NCBI GenBank assembly: GCA_051294375.1
Contig: CM119265.1
Coordinates: forward strand, 23,366,776 to 23,430,775
Source: Paraspadella gotoi
Taxonomy: Eukaryota > Animalia > Chaetognatha
Direction of reading: 5' to 3'
DNA length: 64,000 nt
This document shows, one piece after another, positions 25,201 through 37,700 of this stretch (positions are counted from its first letter, which is position 1; every line of letters begins with the position of its first letter). The translations under genes and the position numbers were made by a program. Under the pieces are notes generated by a model. The model worked only from the letters and a program-made list of their open reading frames with translations. It did no database searches and was not told the origin of the DNA.

Positions 25201-26581
25201 TAGAAAAGAGTTGATCCTACGATTCTATCAAAAATTTATTTCCAGCTTCATTGCATACTTTCCTACTCATACACAAAATTTAAATTCAATTCATCTATCC
25301 AATTTTTAAAAAATATAATAATTATAAGTAAAATACTAAAAATAATAAATATGACTTTTGTTTTTTCCATTTAAACTCATTTTCCCTCGCACGATTCAAA
25401 CAAATCTTTATATATAGCTCAATCACACACTTTCATACCCACACACAAAATTTCATTCCAATCCATCCATCCAATCACGAGTAATTGGAGTATAATGCTA
25501 AGGGGGACGGACGGACAGACGGACACCATTTTTTTGCATAATTTATCTTAATTTTAGGTTCTGAGATGATCTAAGTGAATGACCGAAGAGTTTGGGGGGG
25601 TGGACACTGTCCACTGGACAGACGGACCGACAAAGTGAATTATAGAGCCGGAATCTGCGATATGAAGATCCGACTAAAAACCTTAAAAAATCATCATCAT
25701 CATCATCATCATTGGCTGAATTTTATAGTTTTTTAAAATTTTAATTAATAAAACAAAAATATTTTAAAAAGTTATATTAATAACTTTTATCAACTTTTAT
25801 CTAACTTTTAAAGCTCTATCAGAACCAATTAAAAAAAATTGAAAAATTCAAAAAAAATTTTTAACTTTATATAGTAATAAAATAATCTTTAAATGGATCC
25901 GTGCGCTTATCAATAAGCAAAATTTTAAAAATTATTTTCATTTGAATATTCTCTAACAATCACTTAACCATTATTTATTTGAGAGAACTTATAGTTTTCA
26001 ACCTGTTCAGGCTGAGTATCAAGTCGGGATCTGCTGACAAGCAGATTTATAGTTCTTTTCGTCACTGACCACGATGATGATGATGACGACAATGACGCCA
26101 AAAACGATTAATTATTTGACTCGATTGATTGTTTGATTGATTGAATGATTAATTAATTGATAAATAAATTGATTGATTGAATAGTTAATTGATTATATGA
26201 TTGATTGATTTATTTACTGCTTGATTAATTTACTAATAATTAATTAACTGATTAATTATTTGATTTATTAATACATCTTGCATTTACATTCAATATAAAA
26301 AGAAAAAATCATAAGAAATTAGTGAAACAAGTTTTTTTTTATTTAAACTCATTTCCATCCAAATTTTACTAAATTTATTACCTTAGTTAATTATTAATTT
26401 TACAATTTTTAACACTTAAAATTGTCAGTGTTATTTTTACATTGCAAAATGTAATTCTTTGACCTTAAAATATTGCCTTTACTGAATTGTTTTCTTTACT
26501 TTTCACTCTCTCTCACTCTCATCTGTCCTCACCTTCAGTTGTTCTCACCTACTGTCCTTTCTCAATTCTTTGTTTGAAGCT

Positions 26582-26624
<43 letters not shown>

Positions 26625-27384
26625 TCCCTCTCACACTCTCTTTTTCTCAAATATTTTTTTTACAAATACAATTGCGCTGAGGAAGACAAACATTTAAGTC
26701 GAAAAATGTCCCATTTTTGTATTAAACATCATCGTTGTTGAAGAAAAATAAAAATAGTTTTTGTTAATTATCCAAAACACCATCTCTCAATGACGAGGAA
26801 CACCATCTCCGAGGCCCAGACCTCATCGCCATTATAGAAAAGAGACGGAAAGTCTCAAACCATTCCTCGGAATACTCTCCCGCCGCCTTTTTGACTGGCA
26901 CCGTGCTCTCCTTGGCCGGCATCGCGGGCTCATTGGCCCACATCGCAGCATCCTTGGCCACCAGCACTGCCGAATCCTTGATCACACCCTCTACTATGAC
27001 AAAAAAGAGCGTTCTTTGGAATAAAGAACAATAATAGTTAACTGATTGCTAGATTCATTTCGATTATAAGTTCTTTTAAACAAAGAAAGCAACAAAGGAA
27101 TGATAACATTGTAAATACTGCTGCACAGATGCAGTTAGAATGATTTCGAAACATCTTATTTAACACTAGAAGGAAGTACAGACACATATCTTTGATTTCA
27201 CCAAATGATTTTAACCAAATATTATTAAGTCAGTTTTAATAAGGGTTTAAAAACGACCATTTTTCGTCATTTTTCCAGGATTCTAGGTGCTATTAATTAA
27301 AAACGGCTCAACATTTAGAAAAAATAAAATTATATCGTGAATCAGCTCATCAGGGGCTACATAATGCAATAAAAATATAATTTA
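22279..27384 (-). mobile_element. Inverted, gap-truncated copy of the ~4.8-kb long-TIR element
   Basis: Reverse complement of ~29195-33260, with indels (e.g. ~200 bp extra at ~25372-25575). Confidence 0.85.
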
Positions 27385-27698
27385 ANNNNNNNNNNNNNNN
27401 NNNNNNNNNNNNNNNNNNNNNNNNNNNNNNNNNNNNNNNNNNNNNNNNNNNNNNNNNNNNNNNNNNNNNNNNNNNNNNNNNNNNNTATACCAATTTCGTT
27501 TCACTTTCATCGTGAAGCCAAGTTAAGTTTCTCGGTAATTTTCACCGTAAATACGAGAAATAATATTTACATGGTGGACCAATTTGAAACCCGCCGCTAG
27601 AAAAATTCACCGAACAAAAACGGTGAAGAGATTTAACATTTTTGAAAAAAGAAAAGGGATATTTAAAGCAAGACATACTATTTTTATGTATATATTAA

Positions 27699-28315
27699 GG
27701 CGTAGTGAAAGTTACGATACAAAATTCTAAAAAGTCAATTATGAACAACATACCATCAGTGAACATTAATTTGTAAAAAAATTTTTTTAATGTTTTTTTT
27801 AATTTTCTGCAGTGGCTATATTATATATAGTACTACTCCTTTTAAATATGAAAAATTTCAAAATTAGCTTTTCTTATTTTTGATTGCAGATTTGAATCTC
27901 GTTCAAAAGTTGATAAAAAGAAAATATAAATTCATTTTAAAAATTCTTTCATTAAGTAGGGTTAAAAATTTTTAGAAAAAAAACTAATATTTAATATAAC
28001 AAAAGTTAATTTTCAGCTTAAAATATAGTCTTTCTAATTTTTGACCCACTTAATGAAGAATTTTTTTTAAAAGAGTTATATTTTCTTTTTATACTTTTTA
28101 TACGAATCCAAAATCTGCAAAAAAATCTTAAAAAAACTGTTTTAAATTTTAACGATTTATTGGTTTAGTACTAGTATAAATATGGCCTACTGCGTAAATT
28201 GGAAAATTTATTATAAATATTTTTTAATTACATAAATGTTACCATATAGTAAATGTTGTTTCGTTCCTCACTTTTAGAATTTTAATTAAAGTTAAATTGA
28301 GAATTTTACTACGCC
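27699..28315. mobile_element. ~620-bp foldback MITE (TTAA-GGCGTAGT...ACTACGCC-TTAG), possibly Kolobok-like
   Basis: The ends are inverted and the whole body is an imperfect palindrome. The terminus resembles that of the neighbouring 4.8-kb element. Confidence 0.7.
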
Positions 28316-28701
28316 TTAGTATATCTATCATTTTTTTTGGTTACTTTTATGTTAACCGAAAGAGGTAAAATATAGCTTAGGAAATAATGCTCCAGCTGAT
28401 AAGCCTAATATTTTGAAAGAAATAAATTGCTAACTTCCTGTAACGATTTATAAAAAAATTTTCACAAAAATAATTAATAATAATTGATATTGGCCTGAAA
28501 GCCACTTAATAACATTATACTATGATATATTTTCCGATTCTGTAGCATAAAAAAAGAAGATTTCTGAGGCCCTGTCAAAGATTAGGTATGGTATATTATT
28601 TAAGAAATTATCATCAATATTCCTGAATAAATTTTTTTCTGGCTTTTGAAATCCCAAAGTATTGCAAAAATTAGGAACTTATGATATATTAAAAGAGATA
28701 A

Positions 28702-29943
28702 GGCGGCGTCTTGGAAAAGCTACACAAGTAGGGGTCTGATAACTCTTGCGTCATGATTAAAATGAGCTTAAAATGCCCGTAAAAGATGGAGCACAGTTAG
28801 TTTTTGTGCCAATAAGCTTTTGGAGTACTTCTAAAAAAATTTTGGCAGAAGGCATCTTTTTTGAACGAAATTTTAAATGTTTCTCATGCTTAAATTACAG
28901 CATATATTGACTTTATTTCATACATATAAGACCCCTTATGGTTACTCTATATGCTGATAAAATATCAAAAAAATCCTTTGGATAATAAAGTTTAATTTGC
29001 ATAAAGTAGTGAATTTTACAATTATATCCTAATTGTTTTTATTCATTGATATTTTTAAAAAACATTATACTACTAGATAGTAAACTTCATGAACATTTAA
29101 AAAAAATCATGTTTAAGGTTTTAATATAACTGGATGGTAAAAAAAATAATTTTCAAATATTGATCTAAAAAAGTACTTTATTATAAATAATACAATTAAA
29201 TTATATTTTTATTGCATTATGTAGCCCCTAATGAGCTGATTCACGATATAATTTTATTTTTTCTAAAAGTTAAGCCGTTTTTAATTAATAGCACCTAGAA
29301 TCTTGGAAAAATGACAAAAAATGGTCGTTTTTAAACCCTTATAAAAACTAACTTAATAATATTTGGTTCAAATCATTTGGTGAAATCAAAGATATGTGTC
29401 TGTACTTCCTTCTAGTGTTAAATAAGATGTTTCGAAATCATTTTAACTGCAGCTGTGCAGCAGTATTTACAATGTTATCATTTCCTTTGTTGCTTTCTTT
29501 GTTTAAAAGAACTTATAATCGAAATGAATCTAGCAATCAGTTAACTATTATTGTTCTATATTCCAAAGAAAGCTCTTTTTTGTCATAGTCGAGGGTGTGA
29601 TCAAGGATTCGGCACTCGGCAGTGCTGGTCCTTGGCCCGCTGGTGGCCAAGGATGCTGCGATGTGGGGCAATGAGCCCGCGATGCCGGCCAAGGAGAGCA
29701 CGGTGCCAGTCAAAAAGGCGGCAGGAGAGTAGTCCGAGGAACTGGTTTGAGACTCGGAGATGGTGTTCCTCGTCATTGAGAGATGGTGTTTTGGATAATT
29801 AACAAAAACTTTTTTTTATTTTTCTTCAACAACGATGATGTTTAATACAAAAATGGGACATGTTTCGACTTAAATGTAAGTCTTCCTCAGCGCAATTGTA
29901 TTTGTAAAAAAAATATTTGAGAAAAAGAGAGTGTGAGAGGGAT

Positions 29944-30013
<70 letters not shown>

Positions 30014-33000
30014 AGCTTCCAACAAAGAATTGAGAAAAGACAGTAGGTGAGAACAACTGAAGGTGAGGACAGATGAGAGTGAGATAGAGTGAAAAGTAAA
30101 GAAAACAATTCAGTAAAGGCAATATTTTAAGGTCAAAGAATTACATTTCGCAATGTAAAAATAACATTGACAATTTTAAGAGTTAAAAACTGTGAAATTA
30201 ATAATTAACTAGGGTAATAAATTTAGTAAAATTTGAATGGAAATGAGTTTAAATTAAAAAAAACCTGTTTCACTAATTTCTTATGATTTTTTATTTTTAT
30301 ATTAAATGTAAATGCAAGATGTATTAATAAATCAAATAATTAATCAGTTAATTAATCATTAGTAAATTAATCAATCAGTCAATTAACCAATCAATCATAT
30401 AATCAATTAACTATTCAATCAATCAATTTATTTATCAATTAATTAATCATTCAATCAATCAAACAATCAATCAAGTCAATTAATTAATCTTTTTTGACGT
30501 CATTGTCGTCATCATCATCATCGTGGTTGCTTTTGTCGTGGTCAGTGACGAAAAGACCTATCAATCTGCTTGTCAGCAGATCCCGACTCGATAATCAGCC
30601 GGAACAGGTTGAAAACTATAAGTTCTCTCAAATAAATAATGGTTAAGTGATTGTTAGAGAATATTCAAAAGAAAATAATTTTTAAAATTTAGCTTATTGA
30701 TAAGCGCACGGATCCATTTAAAGATTATTTTATTACTATATAAAGTTAAAAACTTTTTAAAATTTTTTTGTTTTATTAATAAAATTTTAAAAAACTATAA
30801 AATTAAGCCAATGATGATGATGATCATTAGTCGGATCTTCATATCGCAGATTCCGACTCTATAATTCACTTTGTCGGTCCGTCTGTCCAGTGGACAGTGT
30901 CCACCCCCCAAACTTCTCGGTCATTCACTTAAATGGAAAAAACAAAAGTCATATTTATTATTTTTAGTATTTTTACTTATATTTACTTATAATTATTATA
31001 TTTTTTAAAAATTGGATAGATGAATTGAATTTAAATTTTGTGTGTGAGTAGGAAAGTATGCAATGAAGCTGGAAATAAATTTTTGATAGAATCGTAGGAT
31101 CAACTCTTTTCTATTCTTTTCCTGTACGTGTACCAAAAGATTTTGTGACCTCGCGTCCGGTCATTTTTCCCTGGTCATTTAGTTGACCTTTTCAGACCTG
31201 TAAAGAGAGGTCGTACGCGTGCGATACTTGGCGTCGTTAAGTAAACACTAAACACTTTTGTTAGAAACGTTGCTATGTGTTAGAGAAAATCAGTACTGTT
31301 ATTGGAACGCCAGGGATCGTCCACTGCTAACAGAAGAACATCGATTTTTCAACACTCCCTGGATAACGCTCACTAAGTATGAGATTAGAAATGATTGTGA
31401 GGAATTAATTACTTTAAATAATAATTAATTGTTTAAAGCTTTTTAACACATCAATTGGCGATTACATCATCAATTACGTTATCAACTCAGCGTTTTGGAG
31501 ATAGATATTTTTTCAGCTGAGGCTAACTAATGACAGTACTAAATAAGACCAGTCTTTTCTGTCTCTCTCTTCCACTCTCTCACTATCGTCGTGAGAGAAG
31601 TAAGAAACTGACTACTGAACTGTCACTAGCAAGTTTCTTTTACAATTATCAAACTGAATAAATGATAGAAAGAATTTACTACCATGATGGAAAAAAAAAT
31701 TTTCGCGGTTTGGAAAAGTTGGTTAATTTCATTGTCAAATATATTTTTTGGCCGGTAAATAGGTTTTAATATATAATATGACCTCCTGAGGATTGAATAA
31801 AAAGATTATTTCTCAACAGCATAAAATTATTTAATACATTCAAATACTTCCAAAAGAGGTTGTCTCCAACTGTTTTCACCTCTTTTTGATCAAGAGGACT
31901 ACTCACATTATTGTTAATATTATAGCTTTGGCATAATATTTTTTATCAGATTTAGGGCAAAAAATGGTCCTTGGCAAGCAGTTGAAAAAGATTGGTCCCC
32001 TATAAAGTAAACCAGGCTTGAGTTGTTGTTGCATAATGCGATAATGCATTGTCTTTCATTTCAACAAAATCTTGATTTTTCTTTTTTTTGGACTTGTTTG
32101 ATATTTGGTTCTGATAATACATCCAGAGGTAAATAAAAATTATATCTTTGCTCATAGAAAGGTTACCCAGAACATTATAACTTTTATTGATATTTTACAA
32201 TATAAAAAGAATATTCTGGAGCATCTACAGCGTTAATGTATTTTTAATGCCACTATTTTTTTGACATATGAATTAAGATACATCCCTGAATCTATCCAAA
32301 TGGAGATGACGCAATAACTATTTGACATGAGACTGAGAAAAGGCAGGGATTTTTAATAGTAACGGTTTAACTCAAAAAGTAATAAAAAAAAACCGGAAAT
32401 TAGTATAAATGGAAAGTGTAGATATGAAAAAGATAAAAAAGAAGGAAGCATTTTTTTGGACAACTAATTTTCTTTTGCATAGAACTCTTATATTTTTTGT
32501 CGTACATAAATGAGACACAGCTCCTATGAATCACAAAAAACCAAAGTTTTTCGATATGTAAGTTTTATTTTTCGATTCTTACATTAAAATGCCGAAAAAT
32601 AGCTGGAAAGTAACCGCGACAATTTTTTTATCCATCATGGTAAGCAGCGATATAAGCGTCTCCGCAACAAGATCAATAAAATGAATGACTGAGTTACAGA
32701 TACTGCTTTACTGCTGCAACTAGAATACGATAAAAACCATCTATTTAGTATTAGAAAAAAATACAGACGCATATCTTTGTTTGTGCTAAGTTATATCATT
32801 AAATTATTACTATATCAGTTTTTATAAAGGTTTAAAAATGACCATTTTTCGTCATTTTTCCAAGATTCTAGGTGCTATTATTTAAAAACGGCTTAACTTT
32901 TAGAAAAAATAAAATTATATCGTGAATCAGCTAATCAAGGGCTACATAATGCAATAAAAATATAATTTAATTTTATTATTTATAATAAAGTACTATTTTT

Positions 33001-33471
33001 GATCAATATTTAAAAAATATTTTTTTCTACCATCAAGTCATATTAAAACCTTAAACATGATTTTTTTTAAATGTTCATGAAGTTTACTATCTAGTAGTAT
33101 AATGTTTTTTAAAAATATCAATGAATAAAAACAATTAGGATATAATTGTAAAATTCACTACTTTATGCAAATTAAACTTTATTATCCAAAGGATTTTTTT
33201 GATATTTTATCAGCATCTTGAGCAACCATAAGGGGTCTTATATGTATAAAATAAAGTCAAGTCAATCCAAGCTGTAATTTAAGCATGAGACACATTTAAA
33301 ATTTCGTTCAAAAAAGATGCCTTCTGCCAAAATTTTTTTAGAAGTACTCCAAAACCTTATGGGCAACAAACCTACTGTGCTCCATCTTTTACGGGCATTT
33401 TAAGCTCATTTTAATCATGACACAAGAGTTATCAGACCCCTCCACTTGTGTAGCTTTTCCAAGACGCCGCC
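28702..33471 (+). mobile_element. Non-autonomous DNA transposon with ~650-bp TIRs, possibly Kolobok-like
   Basis: GGCGGCGTCTTGGAAAAGCTACACAAGT at the left end and its reverse complement at the right end. TIRs ~28702-29350 and ~32817-33471, flanked by ATAA/TTAT. No transposase seen. Confidence 0.8.
30828..31080. mobile_element. HINE/DINE-1-like insert inside the long-TIR element (longer counterpart at ~25250-25677)
   Basis: Terminal hairpin GTCGGATCT...AGATTCCGAC followed by a GTCGGTCCGTCTGTCC tract. The far end is approximate. Confidence 0.45.
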
Positions 33472-33541
33472 TTATATATTACTCACTTTTTCCCATACCT
33501 GGCGAGCTCTGATCAAACTGGCTCACGAAAACCACCTCTTG

Positions 33542-34000
33542 TGTAACGAATCAACTAAGAAAGAAAGAAAGAGAGAGAAAGAGGGTGGCCGTCGCCGTTC
33601 ACCGCTTCAATGGTCGACCGACAAGAGCGGCCGGCCCCGCCCCCCCCGATGAGGAGGAAGGGAGAGGAAAATCCTCCTTAAAGCTAAACTCAGGTGACAG
33701 GAAAGATGAAAAAGAGGAAACAAAGGAAGAGAGGGTATATAAGGCACGGCGGAAAGAGAAGGAGGACACAAGCCACCAGCACCAGCAGAAAGTGAAAGTA
33801 AAAATAGGACTTCTGTCCAAAACTCAAAAACATAAGAATAAAGTTTATTGCATCCTGATATTTAACTGTCAAAACTTTTGTAAACTTTCTGTTGTCAAGA
33901 AAATAAACCAAAAATAACCTCACACGAATTTTTCTTCTAAACAACTACAAAATCGAGATCGAATCCAGCTAGCGAGTTGTTTGTAGCGTTACATGCTACA
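33542..34000 (+). mobile_element. Solo LTR with 4-bp TSD CTTG
   Basis: CTTG at 33538-33541 and 34001-34004. No PBS or PPT adjacent. Confidence 0.9.
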
Positions 34001-34642
34001 CTTGGTTTTGTGGTGATTCGACAATCCTGCGGATTTGGGCGAAGTAACCCCGAGGGACTTTCGAACCATTCCCTAACGGCAAAGGAGGTCTTTCCAATTC
34101 TGGTCCTTGGAAGCGCAAGTTTCTGTACGTTTGTAATTTAGAGTAATGTTATTTTATTTCAAAGATAAAAAAATAAGGTAAGCTAGTAACTCAGGTTGCA
34201 AACGCTGCGAATGTAGGCCTCGTCATGACCCTCCAGGCGTGTCATTTCGCTGGTGATACTATTGATGGAGTGCTGTAGGACTTGAAACGCTTTTTCTTGC
34301 ACCAGGGCTACCAACATCCAAGCTGGCAGTGACCATGTCGTCTTGCAGTCCTCCGTGGTGAAACCGTGCTAGAAAGCGATTAATTATGAAGATTAGATTG
34401 AACATTAATCATTTATGTATTTTACAGAAGGGAAAGATAAAGATATTTACCTCGCGCCAGTTCTTATTTAGGGATTGGTCTATTCTTTTGATATCCAGGG
34501 TTGGAACATGTTGTTCCTCCCTGAAGAAGGCCAAGCGGTCAGTGGTGAGCCTTATGACGTCGTGGTCGGCTTGGTCGAGTGGTTGTTTATAAAAGTCGAA
34601 CCAACGTTGAATGAGTAGAGCTTGATTGGTGATCATCGCCAT
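34001..34642 (-). pseudogene. 5' exons of an orphan spliced gene downstream of pPolB, disrupted by the LTR
   Basis: Exons 34642-34451 (MAMITNQALLIQRWFDFY...NKNWRE), 34368-~34193 (HGFTTEDCKTTWSLPAW...) and 34122-34001. The exon 2 donor is unresolved. Confidence 0.6.
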
Positions 34643-34768
34643 TTTAAAGTTGTTTTTTTTTATTTTAACAATTGACTAGTTAATAAAAATTCTTAATTAT
34701 CTTGTTTTGAACATGGAAAATGAGAAAATTCACTTGATAACAAGGCAAGTTAACAATTTTGATCAAAA

Positions 34769-37700
34769 TTAACAATTCTTGATTATCTCTTTTTGGTAAA
34801 GAGGAAATGAGAAATAAAATCGACCGTCGTTATCTCTTTCAAAAAAAAGTCTTTTGCTAGTGAAACATGTTAATAGTTTTTTTTCTTCTTTCACAATAAA
34901 AAGCTTTTGATTTCTTCTTCTTATTGAATGTTGGGATATTCTCCTAACATATTTACGATCCTTAATTATTTTAGCATAATCTTCTACACGAATGGTATTA
35001 GCAAAAACATTTGACACCCTTGCTTTTAGCGATTGTTAAGCTCCTGTCTTTTTCCTCCTCTTCCTCCTCATTCAGCTTGTGAGGAAACTGGAGATTGACT
35101 GGAAATTGCTCCAAGCAGTATTGTTTTGGGGACGTGCAAAACACAGCCTAGAAATGTGATAGTTAATTTAGGGAGTTTTAAAGATAAAAGAGTTAAATGG
35201 AAAATTGCTTACCTTGATAGGTTGAGATCCTAGCTCGTCCTTCCATTTTCCCTCAAGATTTCGAGTGCATTCCGAAATAAAAGTTAGCATCACTTTCAAC
35301 AGTTTAGCGTTTTTATCACGTAGGCATTTGTAAACGAAAGCATCCTAATTAAAACACGTGTTAGAATTAAAATTAAAAAACAAACAAACAAGAAAAGATG
35401 AATACCTTGTTAAAACAGGAGAAATCGAAGTGGTCCGCATAGGTTTGAAGATAAATATTGCTCCATCTTTGGGCTGTCCATGTAGAGGAAAAGTCAACTT
35501 GCGTTTGAGATCGTTTCGCGTTCACGAGTTCCATTTTCTCGATGTCCGATCTTAAGCGAACACTTGTCGTCAGAAGAGAGTCCGTGTCTAAATTGGGGGA
35601 GGAGAATGGGGAGGGGCGTGGAAAGAACAAGAACGGACATTTAAATATGTCTTGCGACAACACAATGATTTAAAAAAAAAGAAAAAAATATGTTCAATGT
35701 GATTGTTGGACAGTCATACTGACCAACCGACCGACCGACCAACTGACAGAGGGATCAATCATTCAACTGACAGACGAAACGATCACCTGTAAGCATAAGG
35801 CGTGTGTTAAATGATCCGATGAAAGCCAGCTTTGCAGCAAAGTGATAATAACATCGCCAAATGTAATATTTTGATGAGCTGTATATCTTTGCTGACACAT
35901 ACAAAGGATTCTATCAAAAAATAAGAAATAAAAAAATCCTTCTTTTGTACTTCGGTTAGAAACCTTTCCTTTCCAATTGCCAGACTTGCATTAATGTATT
36001 TAGAACGATTTTCGTGCAATTTGCCATTTACCGAGTTACCTTAATTAATTGATTAATTGTATTCCATGTATTCCATGTAAGGCTTTAAATATCAAAAAGC
36101 CTTAAAAGTTACTATTTTTATAACCTTTGTCACATTTAAATTATGTTGTAATATCTGATACAATAAATTCTCAACAAAATCTGAGATCATTCGTTCTTTA
36201 CAATAAATGTCTGAGACTAGTTTTGCAGGTTCTTTATCAATCTTTCGTTTAAGCTCCTCAGCGATTTTAACTTGGTCATGTGACAGCTCTGAAACAGTGA
36301 CCTTTTGTAATTGCGGAAATAAACACAGGTCAAGATTGATGCTTACAGCATCCTTCGCTTCCGTTTGGGTCATGATCGAGAAAAGGAAGCCCGTGTTATT
36401 GATTGTAAGTTGCTTATTGAAGAATTTGATGTTGCATTGCATTAATCTTTGAGAAAGGTGACTAAAACCGGCTGGGTCTCTGAATTCATCGATTAACGTG
36501 AAGCCAGAGTGGGGGAGGTAGGAGCAGAATGTAAAGAAGTATAACGCTGGGGGGAAGGGGTTTAGGGGGGGTGTTAAAGGGGGGAGTTATGAGTCAGAGA
36601 AAGAGCTATAGCTATTAAACCAGAATTACCATTAGCGTCCAAATATGAAGCCGTCGAGTATTCTTCCGGCGGATCTTGATCTAGTTTCGAAGCATGCCCA
36701 AAAATTGCCAAAAAGCCCCCAACCTTAAAAATAAAAATAAATTATTGCTTTCGAGACTGAGAAAAAGTCGGCTTTATTCTGACAAAGTTTAAAATTACCA
36801 AATTTTTTTGAAAGATGTCATGCGTTTCGCTGTCAAGTAGCTCAAGTCTAATTTTCTTTCCAGGTTCTACCGGATCCATAGTATTGAATAACATAGAGGT
36901 CATCGCCAAAGTGGAGATACTAATGAAGAATAATGGATGGAACCCCCTGCTGTGGTGGAGACTTTCAAAGTAATAATCTAAACTGTCTATGAGGAGAGTG
37001 GTGTCAAATATCACATAAAACCGCATGAGTTCAAGAAGGTTCTGTACACCGAGTTCCTTCCAAACAGCTACAAAGACATTGTAGTCTGACTGAGAGATTT
37101 TGATTTTACCACTTAGCGTTGATGTGAATTTTTCGATGTGTGAGATTTTGGTTGTGTTAACGAGCGTTTCGTAACAATCAATAATTTCAAATGGGATTGG
37201 CGTTTTTTGTTTTATGAAGAAATCGAACTCATAGTCGGTGTAATTGTGATTTTCCACAAATTTGTGAGTGCATGAGAAAACATTTTTTGTTGGTCACTGG
37301 TGCTTCAAGCAAGATTGGTAAACATCTGACACAATTTTTGATAATGGGAAGCCCACAAGAAATAAACTGTCCTGAAATACGACAGAATGATCAAAAGCAC
37401 AGGTTGGAGCTATGCCGTTGATCCTTGCCAGATCCTCTCTTTCTTTTGGGGAGTATTGACATTTTGGACAGCTCATTGGCTGTGGGCAAGAGAACTTGAA
37501 TTGAATGGATAGAGCGGTTTGAGCGTCTTTGAAAAGTACTTTAGGTGTATCTTTGATCATTGTGGTTAATAGCGGTCTTTCAATATCATCGGAAATGTTT
37601 ATTCTGTGGGTTGAGGCCAGTAACACACCCCTGAGTAGGAAGGTGTTATCATATCTTGCCGAATTGTGGGCGTAGATAGTGTTCCATATCTTATTCGGAA

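Noticed and set aside
5234-34000. One 29-kb LTR element bounded by CTTG on both sides
   Set aside because: The 33542 LTR is preceded by a duplicate of the host flank, not by a PPT, and has its own CTTG on both sides.
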